Assembly: GCA_023213395.1 (NCBI GenBank) | Contig: CM041465.1 | Span: 67,897,741 to 67,961,740 of the forward strand | Length of the DNA: 64,000 bases | Reading direction: 5' to 3' | Origin: Cycas panzhihuaensis | Taxonomy: Eukaryota > Plantae > Cycadophyta | Shown here: in pieces, positions 38,955-51,260 of the stretch | Layout: each line of letters begins with the position of its first letter | Position numbering within the stretch: position 1 is the first letter of the stretch | Program-made: the position numbers and the translations under genes | The notes under the pieces: model-generated | Told to the model about the DNA's origin: nothing | The model's database searches: none | Seen by the model: only the letters and a program-made list of their open reading frames with translations

Positions 38955-41900
38955 AATAGATAGGGGTATTATAAGCACAAATTAGAGCTAGAGGAGAAAT
39001 CATCACTATTAGAAAGTTGGGCGTTAACCTATATAAATTTAAATTTCAAATAAATAAACCCCCATATGAATTTGATAGCCAAATCAAACCATAAGAGTAG
39101 TTAGTTAAGCTAGAAAGGATGAATTTCCTTTCTAGCCTATATAAAATGGGATTTATATTAAATTAATTAAAAGGGTGTAATTTATGTGGGAAATAATTAG
39201 TTTAAAGTCTCAATAAAGTGAGGCCAAGATTTAATCAATTTAAAGGTAAGTTCATCACTTGTATAATTAAGAATTGTCAAGAACTATGCCATAAAGAACT
39301 CACCTATATTTCCTAATAAGAATCCAAAATCCTAAATACATAGAAAAGCCTAAGAGGGGACTTAATAAGGCCAATATGCAACTATAATAAGCATCATATT
39401 TTTATATTAGAAATCTAGGGGGTGAGTTAAAGATGGAGATACATGAATATAAAACCAAGACACTTGAAGAGGCTATGAATACAACATTACAGTCAAGAGC
39501 ATAAGATTAAGTAGTACACAATGGATATATAATCTTATAAAGGAGGTAGAAAATATCCATTACATTGATCCACTCCTAAAAATGAAAACATATGTGATGC
39601 TAACACAACAAAATAAAAGTTATCAATCATGCAAAGAATAACAAGAAAGGTAAATAAGAAGGGAGAGTAGATTTTGCTATGAATACAACAATTAATGGAC
39701 TTAAAACCACCATAAAGCATGTAAGAAGAATAAAAATAATTATATTCAACTAATGCAATAGAGGATCCAATAGAATGGGATAATGGGAATGAAGACAAAG
39801 AAGCAAATAAACAAAGCTATCATGATTAAGCTACAAAGACTAAACACCTTTAATATAGTAGGGTATATAAAGAAGAACAGGGTGGTAATCCTTCTAAACT
39901 TTGCAAGTACACACAACTTTACCAACTCAAAAAATGAACAACATTCAGGCTGTCACATTGAGCATAACTTAGAATTTAATAACTTGGTACCAAGAAATAG
40001 GCTTTTACCATGCAATAGGAAAATAAAACAAATCGAGGTAAATACTAGGAGTCATAAGCTAAACTCTAACTTATTTTCACTACTAATATGATGCATAGAT
40101 TTAGTCTTGGAAGTATAATAGTGGAGGGCCTTAGTCATATTTAGTACAAGAATTAATGAAAGGTTTATATAATCCAAACATAATGGAATTAAGTATACAT
40201 TACATAGAATCAAGACACTTGTAATATATTTGATGTCTATTACTTTATGAGACTATAGTTATGTGGGGAACATGGAGAAATAATGCACATGTATATTATA
40301 ATGGATGTTATACTGTAGAGAAGATTTGAATGAAAATTGAGATGTTTCTTCTAAAGAAGATTGATATTTGATTTACTATTTAATATGATATTCACACAAT
40401 AATTAGGAGGCATATAAAATATACACCAACCTTTTATAGTACATGCCTATTTAAATATGCCTTTCAAATATTATTTTTGTATTATCATTAACCCATTATG
40501 CCAACCTATACGCAATCATTATTAACCCTATGTTAATTAATAATTTGGGTTGTGGGGTTGATAACATCCCCTCCCCCTCTAAGAGATGCTTTTCCCATAA
40601 AACATCATAAGGGTTAGTATAAACATTGGTGCCCTAGTCACAATCTTCTTTGATAACTTTACATATTAAGGGCATTTCTTAGAGCGGTCCCTAACTAATA
40701 ATTTCTTAGGGCAAGTAGTTGAGAGGGCCTTAGATTTAAGATCTACTTAATTTAAAAATTTGTACTGACATGTTTGTTGCTTAAATAAGATAAAAGATGA
40801 CTTGTTTATTATGCTAAAGTTGTACATTTATTGGATGGATTTCCAAATAGTAAAATTGGATTATAAAGCTAACATGATCTTCCTTACTAAGTAAAGACTT
40901 GGAGACAAAGGTGATAAGTCCTAAAAATTGATAATGCTTCTCATCCCATCTGAAACATATGAAAATTTCCTTATGATTTAGATTGTAGGTGCCTAATTCT
41001 TTTAGTCATTCTACACCTAGCACCACATCGATAATGTTGATAGGAAAAACATAGTAATTGATTAAAAGTGTACCAAGTTGTAATTTATTGATGTAGAATT
41101 TCACAATCATAGATGATTTAGCATTTACCAGGCATATAGATGTAAAATATCTTGGATTTACTAATATAAATACCCAATCTTATGTTGAGATTTATGTCTA
41201 TAAAATTATGTATACTGCTTTGGTCAATTAGTACAATCATCATTTCCTTTTGCAAGATCCTAAATAATATAATTATGAGTGGTTATTAAACAACTAATAT
41301 ACCTACCATTGAAATGGTTTATTACCCATCATCAATAGACACTTACTACATAAGTTCATCAACTTATCAATAATTGGTGATATCAAGTTTGATGTTATAC
41401 AACTTCTTACTCTATTACATTTAGTTGTTGTTATTTAAACAAATTTTGTGGTGGTTAGGAATCCATTTCTATTAATAGTACAAATAGTTTCGTTCTTATT
41501 AGACTTGTCAGCTTCATCACTTTAAGAAGTTGAAGGGATTAACCTTGGGGTAGGTTATTGGGTCAAAGGAATATAATAAAAAACTCTAGTATTAAGATTA
41601 GCCAAGGCTTATTTTACTAAGGTGATATCATCAACTAGCAAGCTTAGTTGAAACACACTAACCTTAGTATCAATCTCAATATGGAGGTTGGCCTAGTAGT
41701 ATTTTTGTAGCTTTTTCATCAAACACATCTATTTTAAGATGAAGCTTCTCAAAACATTTAGTAAACTCTTTAACAAAACAATCTCATTTGAAATAATGAG
41801 ATAGTTGCACGTTATATGGGATTGAATTAGGGCCTTCAAATACATATGTGGAGTTCATCAACAGAGATAGCCCAAAGTGTGAAATTATAAGCCTTGCACT

Positions 41901-41961
41901 ATTTATGTGACCACATGTACACATGTCCTTTCAAATGATTAATAGTAAATCATATTTTTTC

Positions 41962-42370
41962 ATTTTCATTAGTGATAAAAAGATCCTAAAATATTGTTGT
42001 CATCTTAATAATCCATTCATCTATATCCACAAGGTCTCTTTGTTGAAATTAGGGATTATGAATTATTTTTTGGTACTAAATGGGACTACTACTAGTGGTG
42101 GTGTTACTGTTTGGAGTAAGTTTAGTGTCTTTATCTTGCAATCTATGATAGTGGCCAATTTGCTTTTACCTTTCATTAGTGAAGAATCCTAAAATGTTGT
42201 TAACTTAACAATCCATTCATTTATATACATAGGGCCCTTGACATTGAAATTACAAATTATGAATTGCTTTCTATTACTAAACAGGACTATTAGTGGTGGT
42301 GTCATTATTGTTTGGGGGCATGTGTAGTGTCTCTATCTTACAATCTATGACAGTGGCCAATTTGCTTTTG
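41962..42370. repeat. Two-unit tandem duplication (~205 bp) inside F
   Basis: Both units run TTTCATTAGTGA...ATCCTAAAAT...AGTGGTGGTGT...AGTGGCCAATTTGCTTTT. Confidence 0.85.
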
Positions 42371-42506
42371 AGTACTAAGACTAATACTAGCATCATCATT
42401 TAAGGCCATTCTAACTATTTTCTTATAATCATATGTCTATATTATGAGTGTTGGATCATATATTAGTAATAAATCTTAAAGGGCCACGAATTGATTGAGA
42501 ACTTTT

Positions 42507-42832
42507 TGTTGGAGCGCGTGACGCTAACTATCATAAGGAAGTCCTATTCCCAAATCACCCTGGGGCTTTTGGTGTAATAGCAACCTGTGACAAGTGGTAT
42601 CAGAGCGACTAAGGCTCAAAAGAGGTCTTGTGTACTGCAATAGCGCACCCAGAGATGCGTGAAGGTGCTTGTTGGGTGGCACCGAGGAACGTCGTGGTGA
42701 ACATGCATTATCGTGTAGGTACAGCTGACTCCTTGTGACGGGGGAGTGTTAGAGTGCATGACGTTAACTATCACAAGGAAGTCCTCTTCCCAAATCACCC
42801 TGGGGCTTTTGGTGTAATGACAACCTGTGATA
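42507..42832 (+). mobile_element. 326-bp miniature LTR retrotransposon (TRIM/SMART-like)
   Basis: 86-bp LTRs at 42507-42592 and 42747-42832 (9 mismatches); perfect PBS TGGTATCAGAGC at 42595-42606; PPT GGGGGAG; TSD CTTTT on both sides. Confidence 0.96.
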
Positions 42833-45579
42833 CTTTTCATTCATGTGACTATTTCAAAATGTATGAGCACCACAATAACAAAGATAGTAGATTTACAATG
42901 GTGTTGAAATCTCCATCAAATAAGTGAATCTAGCTAGAACCCTAAAATTTAACAGTAGTGTAGATAATAGCAGATTTAAAACTTGTAGTTGATTGGTGAT
43001 ATAGAATTTAGTTAACTACACTTAGAATAAGATTGTGTTTCTTAACATCATAAAATGAACTTTTTACCTATCAACCAATGTTAAGAATCTGAAGATTAGG
43101 GAAGTTGAGATCAAACTAGAGATATGGGTCTTAATGACTACGAATTTTAGAGAAGAGCTTTTAGTTGCTTAGTGGTTAAATGGCTTTATTATCTTTTAAT
43201 TGATACATGCATATTGAGAGAATGATAGGTAGGTCCAAAGGTAAATAGGTATGTTAATGAGATTAAGACATGATGGTAAGGATATATGCGAAAAAGTCCA
43301 TTTATAAATTTAGTAGGAGAATTAGGTTTAAGTTTGAAATAAAGATTATTCTTCATAAAAGAACATTCATATTTTAATAGTGTAAAATGTGCAAAATTTT
43401 ATTTTTCAGTTAAGTGGTAGTCAATAAAATGGCAAAAACAATTATGAGGAGGCCCAACTGTGATAATGAAGAGGTAAAGACTACCTAATATGAAAAGCTC
43501 ATGACATCAAACGTAGAGACCATGGTAAAGAGAGAGAGAGGAGGTCAAAATATGAGATAAGTTACAGATAGACATTAGAATATAATGGTGAGAAGATACA
43601 CATAGGCATGGGAATTATGAGCATGCAAATAATGTCAGACACTAAAAGATAGGAACGTAAAAAAGGAGGATGCAAAATAGTAATAATAGATGTAAGAAAT
43701 AGGTGGACAATAATCTAGAAATGACAAATAGTGAATGCAAGCAAAGACATGGGGTTGGAGTACCACCTTAAATAAGAGTAGATACAAGCAAAAGGATGCC
43801 AATGATAACTTCAAAATATAGATTTGAATGGAGAACAAGACTAGCATAGAGAATGTAGCAAATAAAAGTTTCCCAAAAGTATTAAAATGATTATAAAAAG
43901 GAAAACCAATAGCATATGGGAGGAATTGGGCACAAAGAAAGATGACAGTTAAGGGTTTTTGCATAACCTAATGACTATAAATAATTGGAAAAGGACTATG
44001 AGAATGGAGTTACTTATCAAAGATTAGTATGTGTATTAGGAATGAACAACTTTGATTCCACTTGTAATAAATCTAATGTCTATTATCTTATTATATTAGA
44101 GCTAGGTGGGAGACTTTAAGCAATAATGCACAAGTAGTAGATCACAACAAATATTAGATCATAAAAAAAAACTTGAATGAAATTTTAATGTTTCTTCTAC
44201 ATAAAAGACAAAGATAATTTTGTTATATATGTTAAGCTTTGCATGTTTTACACTCATATAAGCATTACACTTGAATCCCACTTTAGCACTATTATGGGTC
44301 ATGTTAAGCCCATGGTTTTATACTCATAGTTTTATAATACTACTTCATGATTTCTTGTATTGTTGTGCCTATATATTCTTCTGTATCATAAAGGCGAAGA
44401 GATGATTATGGTTTTGAATGTTGTTGATATTATTGTACCCTATGGCCATTACTTACATTAATAATATGGTCTAACATCATACATGAATCTTTGTGAATTC
44501 TTATGGATGTATGTGTTTTTCTCTCGTATTTATTTAAATTCCTTATTGCATTGATTCTCAATATCTCTCTTTAAATTTAACATTTAATATGATGCTCATA
44601 TAATAATCAGAGCATATATTTATAGTTCCTACATATTCAAATATGGCTTTCAAATATTATTTTATCATTATTATTAGCCCATTATACTAATCTATACTTA
44701 ATCAATATTAACTATATATTAATTAATACTAGGTTGTGGGGTCTATAACAACACCACTAACTCAGCAATTTAATCTCATAAGATGGAGAAACTATTAAAG
44801 AATGAATATATAGGATTCATCATACAATTATATTCCATGGAAGTAATAATGCATGACACATATGAAGATGTTAATTCACATGAAGTTAACCCTAAAATAC
44901 AAGCGAAGAAAATTGGAAATGCCCTCAAAAGCTAATAATAACTATTCTAAGACCTTCCCAAAGCCCTTCCATTAAACAAGGGCATGGAGCATTATATTGA
45001 AATAACATTAATTTAACCCCCAATAAGATAGAAAACCTAGCACAATGTCTACTAAAGATAAGTGCTATACTATATAATAAAAACTCATATATGGCACTAG
45101 TAGTTCTAGCAAGCAAAAAGAATATAATACTTTCTTATGTTTTGATCATAAAGTACTTCATAAAATTACAATATAAAATAATTCAGTTTCTGTGAATTAA
45201 TGTTATACTTAACAATTTACATAGATTCTAATAATTCTCTAAAGTAGACCTACAATTAAGCTATTAACAAATTCTAATTAGAAAGGAAGATCACCATAAA
45301 GTGGCATCTTAAACACACTAATGATATTATAATTTTTGAGTCATTCTATTAGGCCTCACCAATGTACCATTGATCTCTGAAGTAATTATAGATAAGGCAT
45401 TCTTGACAATCTTTCATAAATTTATCATAATGATCTTCAATAATACCCCAATCTATTTTAAAACATAGCATGAACATCTTAAACATGTGGACATAGTTCT
45501 ATCAATACAAAAAGTATACTAACTCTATATAAAACAATTAAATACTTGGACCACATCATAATCACACAAAAGATAAAGT

Positions 45580-48506
45580 TATTAGAGTTTTTATTTACAA
45601 TTTATACAAAAGTGAATTCATGTCATTTAACTAAATAGGATTAATTGTGTGAATTATTTATATCAACGTATAACTTATAAATAATAAATATAATTATATC
45701 ATCAATTAATAACATAACTGGTATTATAAAGATTAAAGACAAAGATTCAAGCATGTAATCATATATGTAACACCATGTTTAACATGAAAAACCAATAAAT
45801 GAAAAAAAACCACTTCTAAATATACATAAGATATCATATTAATGAATAATAACCAATTAATTCCCATTATGAATCATCATAATATCATAACGAGAAATAG
45901 GTGATCTAATTTCCCTTACAATATACATTGCCTTTATATATTTGTGTCACTTTGTCATCAACTAATGATATTATACTAATGTATCAATTAATAAAATTAT
46001 ATATATAAATCTTTCTACATCAATCAATTATAACTTAACCACTAATTAAACATCACATCAACTTTAATAAAATTTAATATTTTGACACTTCCCTTTAATG
46101 TTAAATATGTGAAACTTCTCAAATATCTTCATAACTATGTTGGATCACTTGCTCAATATATTTTTATTCTCATATTTCTTATAAATATTGATTAAACCTA
46201 TTTTCATCATGCTACCTATCTTAGAACCAAATATCATGTCAAATCTTATGTCTCTTCATATTATCTCACCACTTACATTAAACTAATCATGACCTAAAAT
46301 TTGTCATAATATATGAAGTCTCTTAGTGAAACTTTCACATCTTCTACCTGTAGCTTGCATAAACAAAATTAATATATTAAATTATTAATATTCATATAAA
46401 ATAATAACCATCTGCTAAAATGCATAGGTAACCAGTTACTATAATTACTAGTTAGTTAAGATGTGTTTCTTATATATGGTTTATCAACTTCATAAATAAA
46501 AAACAACATGCTTTGCGAACAAACCAAATTACTTGACTGGACAAATATATTGTAACAAAAATAATTTGTAAATCTTTTCTTGCCTCTTATCCTATAAGAT
46601 ATGAAAAAAATTGTGTTATCTCCATCTACAATTTTGTATAAGGCAACTCTTGTAGCTTCTTTTAACAACAAATCTCTCGCTCATATTTATAAATCAATTA
46701 ACTCCTAGAACATAGTGTACCACCTACACTGTCAAATTTGTTACAATAAGATAATATATGCAATGTATATATTCCAAACATCTTGTCATACGTGATTATC
46801 AAATTTTTAACCAAAAGCACATAACAATCAAACTACTGAATAGTTGATCTTGACTTTATAGATAATCCATAACCATTATTATTAATCAATCAAACAATCA
46901 ATTAAATGAGACCTCTCCTTGTCTCATATTAAGTATGTAAACCATCAAAACTTTCGATCAACAACCTAATTAACTTTTTAAACTCTTGAGTTCTAATCAC
47001 ACTCTTTTAATCATCAGGTAATATCAAATACATCCATCATTCAAATATTTATTCAAATAATTAGGTCATCAATCATCATTATTTCTTTATACAACTATTA
47101 TCATTCCATCAACTTTGTCAAATTCATTTAATATATCCTATCCCATCACTACATCAAATATATTTTGTTCCTTTGGGAGATTATCTCACTATTCCAACAC
47201 ATAATTATATATCATTTATCATTTAGCCATCATCAAATAGGCTATCACATGCTTCCCAACTTAAATTTAAACTATAATGTGTGTAAAATGAGCCTTAAAT
47301 TATATCCTTTTATCATTTGTATCCAATCATGTGTCTAAAATCATCATCATGTATCCATTTGTATCGATATATATTTATGAACTTTTGAAATAATCAAAAA
47401 ATACTAAAATATATATTAAATTACTCAAAAACTGAACTTTTTATCATGCCAAAACTCACTTGCCTATATTTACTAATTAAATTTTTCAAGATGGAATGTT
47501 TAAAACATACCTTGAGACCACTCTTTTCAATCATCTTGAAGTCTAATTTATAGCACAATTGATAGCACTCAAATTTGATCTCATACACAAAAGTTATACT
47601 TCAAAATGTGCCAGTATGTCATAAAAAAATCCAACTAGGTTAAAAAATTACATTAACACCTTTCAAATTAGTCTCTTGGTCACATCTTCTCTTTATGTGA
47701 TTGTTGTTATGCAAGAGGTTAGTACAAATTTAAATAATATTTTAATTAAATTAAATTTAGTCTAAACTTTATAAAAAAATAAAATGCATACCAATTTATT
47801 CACCGTGAATTTTTTCTGCATTAAGGTTTGACCTTTACAACCATAAATCCAAAATGAATTGATTAATTGATCAATCACAAAACAATCAGGAACGTTTATG
47901 AATAAATTACAAGTCTAATTATGTTCGATGACCAATCCAACTTGGAAATAGATCTTCTTCGATGCTTTAACAAATAAATCTTAATTAGTTGAATGTAAAT
48001 ATTCATCCTGTAATGACATGATTACAATACTTGTCTATTTCAAATCAATGCTAACTTCAATTAATCTAACTTACTAACAAAATCATCTAGTGAACTTCTC
48101 AATAGATTGCATGATCAATATTATGTTTAGAATTAATAATATAAGGGCAAAGAGTCAATCATGCAATCATATTTGTGACACCATGCTCAATGTGGAAAAC
48201 CCATAAATGATGAGCCACCTTTATATTAATGAATAATAATCAATTAATCTTTATGATGAGTCACCTTAATCTCACAAAGAAAACTAGGTGATCTAATTTA
48301 CCTTATAATATAAATTATCTTATATAAGTGTGTAATTTCATCATCAATCAATAATATTACACTTATCAAAAAGAAAAAAGAAAAAGACATTACACTTATA
48401 CATCAATCAATAAGATCATGTGTGAAAATCTTTTTGCATCGACCAATCATAACTTGACCACTAATTAAATATTACATTGACTTTTGTAAAATTCAATATT
48501 TCAACA
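45580..48506 (-). mobile_element. Element D3: complete ~2.9-kb non-autonomous LTR element related to D1/D2, inserted in the RT of E
   Basis: LTRs at ~45580-46087 and 48124-48506; PPT CTTCCCTTT; TSD AAAGT/AAAGC; internal 46300-46700 resembles the D1/D2 internals. Confidence 0.8.
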
Positions 48507-48959
48507 AAAGCTTAATAAAATAAAGATTCAAATAATCCTATATTAGCCTCGACAGAAAACTATCTCATACTTTTTTAGTCTAGCAGACTTTTATAGGTGT
48601 CATATCACAAATATCTCAAACCTCATTGCCCCACTAATGAACTTCCTTAAGAAAGGAGCCTTCATATAGAACATTAAAGTGAATAAGCCCTTCAACACAC
48701 TAAAAGAATCTATGACACTAGCACCATTATAACAATAAGAAACATTAACAAGTCATTCTTGCTAAAATGTGACGCATTAAGGATAAGTATTAGAGTAGTC
48801 CTCACATAAGACAACCACCCTATAGTATTTGAGAGCAACAAAGAGAGAGGATGATCAACTTATAATAAAACAAAGTTGGGTATAATGCGTGCACTAGAGA
48901 AATGATGATATTATCCACTAGGTAATAAATTTACTATTAAAATAGGCCATAATTTAGGA

Positions 48960-51260
48960 TAGAAACCACTTGGGCAGTGTGGTCCCATTTCAAATGCAAC
49001 AGAAAAATAGACCTTGTGAGATTTCAAAATGATTATTTATTACATCATACAAAATGGATTCAAATGCACAAGATTTTTGGCTCATTGATTCGAGTGTATT
49101 ACAACATATAACTAAACGGTTAGAACAATTATTTTAGACGTGAAAAGTAAATAAGGTCACTATTGGGGATAACACCAATCTAGAGGCCATGAGGGATTAG
49201 AAAAGTACTAATTATTGTGCTAAATAGACAACAAAATATGAACCATTTAACAATGGTGAAACAACAAAATTAGAATCCTTTCAGATTTTAAAAGTTGATT
49301 TTATGCAGAACCCCAAAAAAGAGAAGAAGTTGAAGTTGAGAAATTGTTTAATACTTTACCTTCATATTTAAAGAAGAAATTTTTAAAATGGTATTTGTAA
49401 ACTATGAAGAATATTGAGAAAATATTACCTAATTATGAGAGAGCAAAAAATAAGAATGCAACCTTCTGAACATGTGAATATACCATTTATAGCACATGTT
49501 AGATGTAGATGAATCATCTATATTTAAAACACTCAAAGCTCAGAAGTGGTATAACGCTATGGAGACTAAAATCTAAGCAATCAAATAAATTCACACATGA
49601 CATTTGGTAGAATTAGCTTTTGGTAAGTATGCAATAAGATGCAAATGGATCTACAAGATTAAATTTAAATCTAATGGATTTATGAACAAATATAAAGTAC
49701 AACTTGCAGCAAAAAGTTTCAAGCAACAAGAATGGATCGACTACCAAGAAACATCCACTCCTTTTATAAAGATGAATACTATTCATCTCATTATGGCAAT
49801 AACTGCATAATTTAATTGGTAACTACATCATATCGATGTCAAGAGTTCATTTCTTAATGGAGATTTAAACGAATAAGTCCACATGGAGTAACCACTTGAC
49901 TTTGTTGAAAAATATCAGGAGCACTTGGTATGTCGACTCAAGGAAGCCTTGTACGGCCTAAAATAGGTTATTAGAGCCTCGTAGAAAAATATTGATCGAT
50001 ATTTTTAAAAGAATGGATTTAAAATATCTCTAACTGACTATGCATCAATGCAAAGAATAATAAAATAATATTTAAGGTATTGTACATTGATGATCTACTA
50101 ATTACAGGTAATGATATTGATATGATACCATGCTTGAAGGCAGAGCCTAGTTATTATTTTAAGATGATAGATCTGGGAATTCTACCCTACATCCTTGGAG
50201 TGGAAGTATGGTTGTGTCTTGAGTACGTCATCATCTCATAGCCAAGATACACTTAAAATTTCTAAAAAAATCTAGAATGGATTACTGTAAACTTGCACCT
50301 ACTCCTATGGAAATAGGTTTTAAATTGACAACAAAAAATAATGAAACATATATTGATTCAATATTGTATAAGCAATTAGTGGAAAATCTAATATACCTGA
50401 TTACTACCAAACCTAATATATCTTTTACAGTTGAAATAGTATTCAAATTTATGACCACTAAAATAGAGTCACCAAAAAGCTATAAAAAGGATCATCAAAT
50501 ACTTGAAATGGATGATTTACTATGAGCTTAAATTCTAACATAATAATAGTTTTAAGTTGACAAGATTCACAAATTTTAATTGGACCAAATATGCAGATAA
50601 CAGAAGGTCAACTTTTGGATATTATTTTAGTTTGGGGTTAGTTAATATTACATGGAGCAACAAAAAGAAATCAAACATTACTTTATCCTCTACTGAAGCA
50701 TAGTACAACATTGTAGTTGCAGCAATTTCAGAAACCATTTGGTTACAATAGATTTTGGAGGACATGGGACTACAATAATTAGAACCAACCATCTTATACT
50801 ATGATAATCAAAGTACTTTGAAGATTACAAAAAATCTTGTGTTCCATTCTCGCACCAAACACATTGAGGTGCATTATCACTTAATTCAAGAATTGATTCA
50901 AAAAAGTGTAAATGATATGATAGAAGAATAATTGGCTAACATTTTTACCAAGCCATTGGCACGTAACAGATTCCAAACTCTTAAGGATAGTTTGGGTAGT
51001 AGGAAAAATAAAATAAACATGAAGGAAAAGTGTTAAATATTAATGTTTATTTCAGGCTCATAACCTTAGGTTATGAACCCCCCCTAAATATTTATATTAG
51101 ATCTAAGATTTTTAAATGTTATGAGTGATAAGTTAATGGGGGTTACTACTCTCACCTCATGTGTCATTATAGGTAAGATTAATATTTTGCCTAATAATAT
51201 ATTTGGATACGTATAGAGCATTTATACATATGTGAGAAGGAAGGACTATAAAACTGGAGG
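48960..51260 (+). mobile_element. Element G: deleted Ty1/copia (PR, RT, RH, PPT, start of 3' LTR)
   Basis: DFWLIDSSVLQHIT; CKWIYKIK..KYKVQL; DVKSSFLNG; LSSTEA; FHSRTKHIEVHYH; PPT GAAGGAAAAG, then TGTTAAA at 51031. Integrase absent. Confidence 0.85.

Larger units (their letters stand above)
40220..44750 (-). mobile_element. Element F: non-autonomous gypsy-like element (protease remnant, no RT)
   Basis: LTRs at 40220-40566 and 44063-44750 (TGTAAT...ATAACA); PPT AGGGGGAGGGGA; degenerate Met PBS; TSD ACACT/ACACC; protease IVLIDQSSIHNFID near 41190-41240. Confidence 0.8.
39300..48955 (+). mobile_element. Element E: heavily decayed chromovirus-like Ty3/gypsy, split by F and D3
   Basis: Protease VVILLNFASTHNF (39783-40091). 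Linker and RT in 44751-45579 (KVDLQLSY, GLTNVP, IMIFNNTPIY as decayed FFDDILIY). RT/RH continues in 48507-48955 (FFSLADFYR, KCDA..I..VL). LTRs not identified. Confidence 0.8.

Noticed and set aside
42507-42832. Retrozyme or Cassandra identity for the miniature element
   Set aside because: No CTGANGA...GAAA hammerhead core and no 5S rRNA A/C boxes visible in the LTRs.
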